From Utricularia gibba (taxonomy: Eukaryota; Plantae; Magnoliophyta), in NCBI GenBank assembly GCA_002189035.1, contig NEEC01000217.1:1-32507 (forward strand): 32,507 nt of DNA. Direction: 5' to 3'. Below the pieces are notes generated by a model, which searched no databases, had not been told where the DNA came from, and saw only the letters and a list, made by a program, of their open reading frames with translations. The translations under genes and the position numbers were made by a program. Below, in pieces: positions 15,001 through 26,455 of this stretch. Every line of letters starts with the position of its first letter. The stretch's first letter is position 1.

Positions 15001-18000
15001 GGGTCCTACTCGACGAAAATCGTGATGCACTTATTGAAGTTAGGATGTCATGAGCACCCAAAATGGTTTTCTCAACCGCATGCTTTATATCTGAGGAGGC
15101 GCTCTCGTGGGCAACGGTATCGAGGGAGGTCGAGTCGAGCTCGGGCCCATAGTCATTTGTGGCTCGGCAAAAAACTTGATGCATTTCTTAACGTTGGGTT
15201 TTAATTGGCTGCCTACATGGTTTCTCAAGGAAAAGCTTGTCGTTTTTGGGCGGGTGATGTCGTTGTGAACTTCGTTCTGACCCAAGGTTCGGTCTGACTC
15301 CTTTGCCACATCGGGTCCTACTCGACGAAAATCGTGATGCACTTATTGAAGTTAGGATGTCATGAGCACCCAAAATGGTTTTCTCAACCGCATGCTTTAT
15401 ATCTGAGGAGGCGCTCTCGTGGGGCAACGGTATCGAGAAGGAGGTCGAGTCGAGCTCGGCCCATAGTCATTTGTAGCTCGGCAAAAAACTTGATGCATTT
15501 CTTAACGTTGGGTTTTAATTGGCTGCCTACATGGTTTCAAGGAAAAGCTTGTCGTTTTGGGCGGGTGATGTCGTTGTGAACTTCGTTCTGACCCAAGGTT
15601 CGGTCTGACTCCTTTGCCACATCGGGTCCTACTCGACGAAAATCGTGATGCACTTATTGAAGTTAGGATGTCATGAGCACCCAAAATGGTTTTCTCAACC
15701 GCATGCTTTATATTTGAGGAGGCGCTCTCGTGGGGCAACGGTATCGAGAAGGAGGTCGAGTCGAGCTCGGGCCCATAGTCATTTGTAGCTCGGCAAAAAA
15801 CTTGATGCATTTCTTAACGTTGGGTTTTAATTGGCTGCCTACATGGTTTCTCAAGGAAAAGCTTGTCGTTTTTGGGCGGGTGATGTCGTTGTGAACTTCG
15901 TTCTGACCCAAGGTTCGGTCTGACTCCTTTGCCACATCGGGTCCTACTCGACGAAAATCGTGATGCACTTATTGAAGTTAGGATGTCATGAGCACCCAAA
16001 ATGGTTTTCTCAACCGCATGCTTTATATTGAGGAGGCGCTCTCGTGGGGCAACGGTATCGAGAAGGAGGTCGAGTCGAGCTCGGGCCCATAGTCATTTGT
16101 GGCTCGGCAAAAAACTTGATGCATTTTTAACGTTGGGTTTTAATTGGCTGCCTACATGGTTTCTCAAGGAAAAGCTTGTCGTTTTTGGGCGGGTGATGTC
16201 GTTGTGAACTTCGTTCTGACCCAAGGTTCTGACTCCTTTGCCACATCGGGTCCTACTCGACGAAAATCGTGATGCACTTATTGAAGTTAGGATGTCATGA
16301 GCACCCAAAATGGTTTTCTCAACCGCATGCTTTATATTGAGGAGGCTCTCGTGGGGCAACGGTATCGAGAAGGAGGTCGAGTCGAGCTCGGGCCCATAGT
16401 CATTTGTAGCTCGGCAAAAAACTTGATGCATTTCTTAACGTTGGGTTTTAATTGGCTGCCTACATGGTTTCTCAAGGAAAAGCTTGTCGTTTTTGGGCGG
16501 GTGATGTCGTTGTGAACTTCGTTCTGACCCAAGGTTCTTTGCCACATCGGGTCCTACTCGACGAAAATCGTGATGCACTTATTGAAGTTAGGATGTCATG
16601 AGCACCCAAAATGGTTTTCTCAACCGCATGCTTTATATCTGAGGAGGCGCTCTCGTGGGGCAACGGTATCGAGAAGGAGGTCGAGTCGAGCTCGGGCCCA
16701 TAGTCATTTGTGGCTCGGCAAAAAACTTGATGCATTTCTTAACGTTGGGTTTTAATTGGCTGCCTACATGGTTTCTCAAGGAAAAGCTTGTCGTTTTTGG
16801 GCGGGTGATGTCGTTGTGAACTTCGTTCTGACCCAAGGTTCCTTTGCCACATCGGGTCCTACTCGACGAAAATCGTGATGCACTTATTGAAGTTAGGATG
16901 TCATAAGCACCCAAAATGGTTTTCTCAACCGCATGCTTTATATCTGAGGAGGCGCTCTCGTGGGGCAACGGTATCGAGAAGGAGGTCGAGTCGAGCTCGG
17001 CCCATAGTCATTTGTAGCTCGGCAAAAAACTTGATGCATTTCTTAACGTTGGGTTTTAATTGGCTGCCTACATGGTTTCTCAAGGAAAAGCTTGTCGTTT
17101 TTGGGCGGGTGATGTCGTTGTGAACTTCGTTCTGACCCAAGGTTCTTTGCCACATCGGGTCCTACTCGACGAAAATCGTGATGCACTTATTGAAGTTAGG
17201 ATGTCATGAACCCAAAATGGTTTTCTCAACCGCATGCTTTATATTGAGGAGGCGCTCTCGTGGGGCAACGGTATCGAGAGGAGGTCGAGTCGAGCTCGGG
17301 CCCATAGTCATTTGTAGCGCAAAAAACTTGATGCTTTATATTGGCTGACATGGAGGCTTGTCTCGGGTCGTTGTGAACTTCGTTCTGACCCAAGGTTCGG
17401 TCTGACTCCTTTGCCACATCGGGTCCTACTCGACGAAAATCGTGATGCACTTATTGAAGTTAGGATGTCATGAGCACCCAAAATGGTTTTCTCAACCGCA
17501 TGCTTTATATTGAGGAGGCGCTCTCGTGGGGCAACGGTATCGAGAAGGAGGTCGAGTCGAGCTCGGGCCATAGTCATTTGTAGCTCGGCAAAAAACTTGA
17601 TGCATTTCTTAACGTTGGGTTTTAATTGGCTGCCTACATGGTTTCTCAAGGAAAAGCTTGTCGTTTTTGGGCGGTGATGTCGTTGTGAACTTCGTTCTGA
17701 CCCAAGGTTCACATCGGGTCCTACTCGACGAAAATCGTGATGCACTTATTGAAGTTAGGATGTCATGAGCACCCAAAATGGTTTTCTCAACCGCATGCTT
17801 TATATTGAGGAGGCCTCTCGTGGGGCAACGGTATCGAGAAGGAGGTCGAGTCGAGCTCGGGCCCATAGTCATTTGTGCTCGGCAAAAAACTTGATGCATT
17901 TCTTAACGTTGGGTTTTAATTGGCTGCCTACATGGTTTCTCAAGGAAAAGCTTGTCGTTTTTGGGCGGGTGATGTCGTTGTGAACTTCGTTCTGACCCAG

Positions 18001-21000
18001 GTTCCTTTGCCACATCGGTCCTACTCGACGAAAATCGTGATGCACTTATTGAAGTTAGGATGTCATAGCACCCAAAATGGTTTTCTCAACCGCATGCTTT
18101 ATATCTGAGGAGGCGCTCTCGTGGGGCAACGGTATCGAGAAGGAGGTCGAGTCGAGCTCGGGCCCATAGTCATTTGTAGCTCGGCAAAAAACTTGATGCA
18201 TTTCTTAACGTTGGGTTTTAATTGGCTGCCTACATGGTTTCTCAAGGAAAAGCTTGTCGTTTTTGGGCGGGTGATGTCGTTGTGAACTTCGTTCTGACCC
18301 AAGGTTCGGTCTGACTCCTTTGCCACATCGGGTCCTACTCGACGAAAATCGTGATGCACTTATTGAAGTTAGGATGTCATGAGCACCCAAAATGGTTTTC
18401 TCAACCGCATGCTTTATATTGAGGAGGCGCTCTCGTGGGGCAACGGTATCGAGAAGGAGGTCGAGTCGAGCTCGGGCCCATAGTCATTTGTGCTCGGCAA
18501 AAAACTTGATGCATTTCTTAACGTTGGGTTTTAATTGGCTGCCTACATGGTTTCTCAAGGAAAAGCTTGTCGTTTTTGGGCGGGTGATGTCGTTGTGAAC
18601 TTCGTTCTGACCCAAGGTTCGGTCTGACTCCTTTGCCACATCGGGTCCTACTCGACGAAAATCGTGATGCACTTATTGAAGTTAGGATGTCATGAGCACC
18701 AAAATGGTTTTCTCAACCGCATGCTTTATATTGAGGAGGCGCTCTCGTGGGGCAACGGTATCGAGAAGGAGGTCGAGTCGAGCTCGGGCCCATAGTCATT
18801 TGTGCTCGGCAAAAACTTGATGCATTTCTTAACGTTGGGTTTTAATTGGCTGCCTACATGGTTTCTCAAGGAAAAGCTTGTCGTTTTTGGGCGGGTGATG
18901 TCGTTGTGAACTTCGTTCTGACCCAAGGTTCCTTTGCCACATCGGGTCCTACTCGACGAAAATCGTGATGCACTTATTGAAGTTAGGATGTCATGAGCAC
19001 CCAAAATGGTTTTCTCAACCGCATGCTTTATATTGAGGAGGCGCTCTCGTGGGGCAACGGTATCGAGAAGGAGGTCGAGTCGAGCTCGGGCCCATAGTCA
19101 TTTGTAGCTCGGCAAAAAACTTGATGCATTTCTTAACGTTGGGTTTTAATTGGCTGCCTACATGGTTTCTCAAGGAAAAGCTTGTCGTTTTTGGGGGTGA
19201 TGTCGTTGTGAACTTCGTTCTGACCCAAGGTTCGGTCTGACTCCTTTGCCACATCGGGTCCTACTCGACGAAAATCGTGATGCACTTATTGAAGTTAGGA
19301 TGTCATGAGCACCCAAATGCTTTATGTTTTCGAGAAGGAGGTCGAGTCGAGCTCGGGCCATAGTCATTTGTATAAAAAACTTGATGGAGGCTGCTCATCG
19401 TTGTCGGGGCATGTCGTTGTGACTTCGTTCTGACCCAAGGTTCCTTTGCCACATCGGGTCCTACTCGACGAAAATCGTGATGCACTTATTGAAGTTAGGA
19501 TGTCATGAGCACCCAAAATGGTTTTCTCAACCGCATGCTTTATATTGAGGAGGCTCTCTCGGGGGCAACGGTATCGAGAAGGAGGTCGAGTCGAGCTCGG
19601 GCCCATAGTCATTTGTAGCTCGGCAAAAAACTTGATGCATTTCTTAACGTTGGGTTTTAATTGGCTGCCTACATGGTTTCTCAAGGAAAAGCTTGTCGTT
19701 TTTGGGCGGTGATGTCGTTGTGAACTTCGTTCTGACCCAAGGTTCGGTCTGACTCCTTTGCCACATCGGGTCCTACTCGACGAAAATCGTGATGCACTTA
19801 TTGAAGTTAGGATGTCATGAGCACCCAAAATGGTTTTCTCAACCGCATGCTTTATATTGAGGAGGCGCTCTCGTGGGGCAACGGTATCGAGAAGGAGGTC
19901 GAGTCGAGCTCGGGCCCATAGTCATTTGTAGCTCGGCAAAAAACTTGATGCATTTCTTAACGTTGGGTTTTAATTGGCTGCCTACATGGTTTCTCAAGGA
20001 AAAGCTTGTCGTTTTTGGGCGGGTGATGTCGTTGTGAACTTCGTTCTGACCCAAGGTTCGGTCTGACTCCTTTGCCACATCGGGTCCTACTCGACGAAAA
20101 TCGTGATGCACTTATTGAAGTTAGGATGTCATGAGCACCCAAAATGGTTTTCTCAACCGCATGCTTTATATCTGAGGAGGCGCTCTCGTGGGGCAACGGT
20201 ATCGAGAAGGAGGTCGAGTCGAGCTCGGGCCCATAGTCATTTGTGCTCGGCAAAAAACTTGATGCATTTCTTAACGTTGGGTTTTAATTGGCTGCCTACA
20301 TGGTTTCTCAAGGAAAAGCTTGTCGTTTTTGGGCGGTGATGTCGTTGTGAACTTCGTTCTGACCCAAGGTTCGGTAGCCACATCGGGTCCTACTCGACGA
20401 AAATCGTGATGCACTTATTGAAGTTAGGATGTCATGAGCACCCAAAATGGTTTTCTCAACCGCATGCTTTATATCTGAGGAGGCTCTCGTGGGGCAACGG
20501 TATCGAGAAGGAGGTCGAGTCGAGCTCGGGCCCATAGTCATTTGTAGCTCGGCAAAAAACTTGATGCATTTCTTAACGTTGGGTTTTAATTGGCTGCCTA
20601 CATGGTTTCTCAAGGAAAAGCTTGTCGTTTTTGGGCGGGTGATGTCGTTGTGAACTTCGTTCTGACCCAAGGTTCGGTCTGACTCCTTTGCCACATCGGG
20701 TCCTACTCGACGAAAATCGTGATGCACTTATTGAAGTTAGGATGTCATGAGCACCCAAAATGGTTTTCTCAACCGCATGCTTTATATCTGAGGAGGCGCT
20801 CTCGTGGGGCAACGGTATCGAGAAGGAGGTCGAGTCGAGCTCGGGCCCATAGTCATTTGTGCTCGGCAAAAAACTTGATGCATTTCTTAACGTTGGGTTT
20901 TAATTGGCTGCCTACATGGTTTCTCAAGGAAAAGCTTGTCGTTTTTGGGCGGGTGATGTCGTTGTGAACTTCGTTCTGACCCAAGGTTCGGTCTGACACA

Positions 21001-24000
21001 TCGGGTCCTACTCGACGAAAATCGTGATGCACTTATTGAAGTTAGGATGTCATGAGCACCCAAAATGGTTTTCTCAACCGCATGCTTTATATTTGAGGAG
21101 GCGCTCTCGTGGGGCAACGGTATCGAGAAGGAGGTCGAGTCGAGCTCGGGCCCATAGTCATTTGTAGCTCGGCAAAAAACTTGATGCATTTCTTAACGTT
21201 GGGTTTTAATTGGCTGCCTACATGGTTTCTCAAGGAAAAGCTTGTCGTTTTTGGGCGGTGATGTCGTTGTGAACTTCGTTCTGACCCAAGGTTCGTCTGA
21301 CTCCTTTGCCACATCGGGTCCTACTCGACGAAAATCGTGATGCACTTATTGAAGTTAGGATGTCATAAGCACCCAAAATGGTTTTCTCAACCGCATGCTT
21401 TATATCTGAGGAGGCGCTCTCGTGGGGCAACGGTATCGAGAAGGAGGTCGAGTCGAGCTCGGGCCCATAGTCATTTGTAGCTCGGCAAAAAACTTGATGC
21501 ATTTCTTAACGTTGGGTTTTAATTGGCTGCCTACATGGTTTCTCAAGGAAAAGCTTGTCGTTTTTGGGCGGGTGATGTCGTTGTGAACTTCGTTCTGACC
21601 CAAGGTTCCTTTGCCACATCGGGTCCTACTCGACGAAAATCGTGCTGCACTTATTGAAGTTAGGATGTCATGAGCACCCAAAATGGTTTTCTCAACCGCA
21701 TGCTTTATATCTGAGGAGGCGCTCTCGTGGGGCAACGGTATCGAGAAGGAGGTCGAGTCGAGCTCGGGCCCATAGTCATTTGTGGCTCGGCAAAAAACTT
21801 GATGCATTTCTTAACGTTGGGTTTTAATTGGCTGCCTACATGGTTTCTCAAGGAAAAGCTTGTCGTTTTTGGGCGGGTGATGTCGTTGTGAACTTCGTTC
21901 TGACCCAAGGTTCGGTCTGACTCCTTTGCCACATCGGGTCCTACTCGACGAAAATCGTGATGCACTTATTGAAGTTAGGATGTCATGAGCACCCAAAATG
22001 GTTTTCTCAACCGCATGCTTTATATTGAGGAGGCGCTCTCGTGGGGCAACGGTATCGAGAAGGAGGTCGAGTCGAGCTCGGGCCCATAGTCATTTGTAGC
22101 TCGGCAAAAAACTTGATGCATTTCTTAACGTTGGGTTTTAATTGGCTGCCTACATGGTTTCTCAAGGAAAAGCTTGTCGTTTTTGGGCGGGTGATGTCGT
22201 TGTGAACTTCGTTCTGACCCAAGGTTCGGTCTGACTCCTTTGCCACATCGGGTCCTACTCGACGAAAATCGTGATGCACTTATTGAAGTTAGGATGTCAT
22301 GAGCACCCAAAATGGTTTTCTCAACCGCATGCTTTATATCTGAGGAGGCGCTCTCGTGGGGCAACGGTATCGAGAAGGAGGTCGAGTCGAGCTCGGGCCC
22401 ATAGTCATTTGTAGCTCGGCAAAAAACTTGATGCATTTCTTAACGTTGGGTTTTAATTGGCTGCCTACATGGTTTCTCAAGGAAAAGCTTGTCGTTTTTG
22501 GGCGGGTGATGTCGTTGTGAACTTCGTTCTGACCCAAGGTTCGGTCTGACTCCTTTGCCACATCGGGTCCTACTCGACGAAAATCGTGATGCACTTATTG
22601 AAGTTAGGATGTCATAGCACCCAAAATGGTTTTCTCAACCGCATGCTTTATATCTGAGGAGGCGCTCTCGTGGGGCAACGGTATCGAGAAGGAGGTCGAG
22701 TCGAGCTCGGGCCCATAGTCATTTGTGGCTCGGCAAAAAACTTGATGCATTTCTTAACGTTGGGTTTTAATTGGCTGCCTACATGGTTTCTCAAGGAAAA
22801 GCTTGTCGTTTTTGGGCGGGTGATGTCGTTGTGAACTTCGTTCTGACCCAAGGTTCGGTCTGACTCCTTTGCCACATCGGGTCCTACTCGACGAAAATCG
22901 TGATGCACTTATTGAAGTTAGGATGTCATGAGCACCCAAAATGGTTTTCTCAACCGCATGCTTTATATCTGAGGAGGCGCTCTCGTGGGGCAACGGTATC
23001 GAGAAGGAGGTCGAGTCGAGCTCGGCCCATAGTCATTTGTGGCTCGGCAAAAAACTTGATGCATTTCTTAACGTTGGGTTTTAATTGGCTGCCTACATGG
23101 TTTCTCAAGGAAAAGCTTGTCGTTTTTGGGCGGGTGATGTCGTTGTGAACTTCGTTCTGACCCAAGGTTCGGTCTGACTCCTTTGCCACATCGGGTCCTA
23201 CTCGACGAAAATCGTGATGCACTTATTGAAGTTAGGATGTCATCACCCAAAATGGTTTTCTCAACCGCATGCTTTATCTGAGGAGGCGCTCTCGTGGGGC
23301 AACGGTATCGAGAAGGAGGTCGAGTCGAGCTCGGGCCCATAGTCATTTGTGGCTCGGCAAAAAACTTGATGCATTTCTTAACGTTGGGTTTTAATTGGCT
23401 GCCTACATGGTTTCTCAAGGAAAAGCTTGTCGTTTTTGGGCGGGTGATGTCGTTGTGAACTTCGTTCTGACCCAAGGTTCGGTCTGACTCCTTTGCCACA
23501 TCGGGTCCTACTCGACGAAAATCGTGATGCACTTATTGAAGTTAGGATGTCATAGCACCCAAAATGGTTTTCTCAACCGCATGCTTTATATCTGAGGAGG
23601 CGCTCTCGTGGGGCAACGGTATCGAGAAGGAGGTCGAGTCGAGCTCGGGCCCATAGTCATTTGTAGCTCGGCAAAAAACTTGATGCATTTCTTAACGTTG
23701 GGTTTTAATTGGCTGCCTACATGGTTTCTCAAGGAAAAGCTTGTCGTTTTTGGGCGGGTGATGTCGTTGTGAACTTCGTTCTGACCCAAGGTTCTTTGCC
23801 ACATCGGGTCCTACTCGACGAAAATCGTGATGCACTTATTGAAGTTAGGATGTCATGAGCACCCAAAATGGTTTTCTCAACCGCATGCTTTATATCTGAG
23901 GAGGCGCTCTCGTGGGGCAACGGTATCGAGAAGGAGGTCGAGTCGAGCTCGGGCCCATAGTCATTTGTGGCTCGGCAAAAACTTGATGCATTTCTTAACG

Positions 24001-26298
24001 TTGGGTTTTAATTGGCTGCCTACATGGTTTCTCAAGGAAAAGCTTGTCGTTTTTGGGCGGGTGATGTCGTTGTGAACTTCGTTCTGACCCAAGGTTCGGT
24101 CTGACTCCTTTGCCACATCGGGTCCTACTCGACGAAAATCGTGCTGCACTTATTGAAGTTAGGATGTCATGAGCACCCAAAATGGTTTTCTCAACCGCAT
24201 GCTTTATATTGAGGAGGCGCTCTCGTGGGGCAACGGTATCGAGAAGGAGGTCGAGTCGAGCTCGGCCCATAGTCATTTGTGGCTCGGCAAAAAACTTGAT
24301 GCATTTCTTAACGTTGGGTTTTAATTGGCTGCCTACATGGTTTCTCAAGGAAAAGCTTGTCGTTTTTGGGCGGGTGATGTCGTTGTGAACTTCGTTCTGA
24401 CCCAAGGTTCGGTCTGACTCCTTTGCCACATCGGGTCCTACTCGACGAAAATCGTGATGCACTTATTGAAGTTAGGATGTCATGAGCACCCAAAATGGTT
24501 TTCTCAACCGCATGCTTTATATCTGAGGAGGCGCTCTCGTGGGGCAACGGTATCGAGAAGGAGGTCGAGTCGAGCTCGGGCCCATAGTCATTTGTAGCTC
24601 GGCAAAAAACTTGATGCATTTCTTAACGTTGGGTTTTAATTGGCTGCCTACATGGTTTCTCAAGGAAAAGCTTGTCGTTTTTGGGCGGGTGATGTCGTTG
24701 TGAACTTCGTTCTGACCCAAGGTTCGGTCTGACTCCTTTGCCACATCGGGTCCTACTCGACGAAAATCGTGATGCACTTATTGAAGTTAGGATGTCATGA
24801 GCACCGCAAAATGGTTTTCTCAACCGCATGCTTTATATTGAGGAGGCGCTCTCGTGGGTTCTGACAACGGTATCGAGAAGGAGGTCGAGTCGAGCTCGGC
24901 CCATAGTCATTTGTGCTCGGCAAAAAACTTGATGCATTTCTTAACGTTGGGTTTTAATTGGCTGCCTACATGGTTTCTCAAGGAAAAGCTTGTCGTTTTT
25001 GGGCGGGTGATGTCGTTGTGAACTTCGTTCTGACCCAAGGTTCGGTCTGACTCCTTTGCCACATCGGGTCCTACTCGACGAAAATCGTGATGCACTTATT
25101 GAAGTTAGGATGTCATGAGCACCCAAAATGGTTTTCTCAACCGCATGCTTTATATCTGAGGAGGCGCTCTCGGGGGCAACGGTATCGAGAAGGAGGTCGA
25201 GTCGAGCTCGGGCCCATAGTCATTTGTAGCTCGGCAAAAAACTTGATGCATTTCTTAACGTTGGGTTTTAATTGGCTGCCTACATGGTTTCTCAAGGAAA
25301 AGCTTGTCGTTTTTGGGCGGGTGATGTCGTTGTGAACTTCGTTCTGACCCAAGGTTCGGTCTGACTCCTTTGCCACATCGGGTCCTACTCGACGAAAATC
25401 GTGATGCACTTATTGAAGTTAGGATGTCATAGCACCCAAAATGGTTTTCTCAACCGCATGCTTTATATCTGAGGAGGCGCTCTCGTGGGGCAACGGTATC
25501 GAGAAGGAGGTCGAGTCGAGCTCGGGCCCATAGTCATTTGTAGCTCGGCAAAAAACTTGATGCATTTCTTAACGTTGGGTTTTAATTGGCTGCCTACATG
25601 GTTTCTCAAGGAAAAGCTTGTCGTTTTTGGGCGGGTGATGTCGTTGTGAACTTCGTTCTGACCCAAGGTTCGGGTCCTACTCGACGAAAATCCACTTATT
25701 GAAGTTAGGATGTCATGAGCACCCAAAATGGTTTTCTCAACCGCATGCTTTATATTGTCTCGTGGGGCAACGGTATCGAGAAGGTCGAGTCGAGCTCGGG
25801 CCCATAGTCATTTGTGCTCGGCAAAAAACTTGATGCATTTCTTAACGTTGGGTTTTAATTGGCTGCCTACATGGTTTCTCAAGGAAAAGCTTGTCGTTTT
25901 TGGGCGGGTGATGTCGTTGTGAACTTCGTTCTGACCAAGTTGGTCTGACTCCTTTGCCACATCGGGTCCTACTCGACGAAAATCGTGATGCACTTATTGA
26001 AGTTAGGATGTCATGAGCACCAAAATGGTTTTCTCAACCGCATGCTTTATATCTGAGGAGGCGCTCTCGTGGGGCAACGGTATCGAGAAGGAGGTCGAGT
26101 CGAGCTCGGGCCCATAGTCATTTGTAGCTCGGCAAAAAACTTGATGCATTTCTTAACGTTGGGTTTTAATTGGCTGCCTACATGGTTTCTCAAGGAAAAG
26201 CTTGTCGTTTTTGGGCGGGTGATGTCGTTGTGAACTTCGTTCTGACCCAAGGTTCGGTCTGACTCCTTTGCCACATCGGGTCCTACTCGACGAAAATC

Positions 26299-26455
26299 GT
26301 GATGCACTTATTGAAGTTAGGATGTCATGAGCACCCAAAATGGTTTTCTCAACCGCATGCTTTATATCTGAGGAGGCGCTCTCGTGGGGCAACGGTATCG
26401 AGAAGGAGGTCGAGTCGAGCTCGGGCCCATAGTCATTTGTGGCTCGGCAAAAAAC
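26299..26455 (+). repeat. Half-unit A (157 bp) of a diverged dimeric monomer
   Basis: Aligns to half B at an offset of 157-158 bp: 38/54 identical columns at the 5' end and 10/13 at the 3' end by manual alignment. Confidence 0.85.
26398..26419 (+). repeat. Internal TCGAG x3 cluster (present in every full unit)
   Basis: TCGAG-AAGGAGG-TCGAG-TCGAG; the last copy overlaps the 8-bp palindrome CGAGCTCG. Confidence 0.8.

Noticed and set aside
17333-17372. Divergent insert in the 264-bp unit at 17178-17441
   Set aside because: It is collinear with half B but has many small gaps, the pattern of a low-quality fast-translocation segment rather than new sequence.
19315-19432. Divergent insert in the 200-bp unit at 19277-19476
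   Set aside because: Same compressed, collinear pattern; most likely read noise.
26328-26352. Identity with grass centromeric CentC/CentO (about 155-156 bp; minus strand AAAACCATTTTGGGTG resembles a motif I recall from them)
   Set aside because: The resemblance is short, recalled from memory, and the other similar motifs did not appear collinear. Size similarity alone is not evidence.
26311-26368. Sigma70 promoter (TTGAAG; TATATC/TATATT)
   Set aside because: The elements are not at 16-18 bp spacing from each other, and the -10-like motif abuts the SD-like site.
26403-26410. Perfect Shine-Dalgarno AAGGAGGT
   Set aside because: No ATG, GTG or TTG lies at usable spacing downstream.
26417-26428. 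Cloning polylinker (adjacent SacI and ApaI; seven 6-bp palindromes per unit)
   Set aside because: About five are expected by chance in 315 bp, the sites are dispersed, and no vector or primer sequence was recognised.
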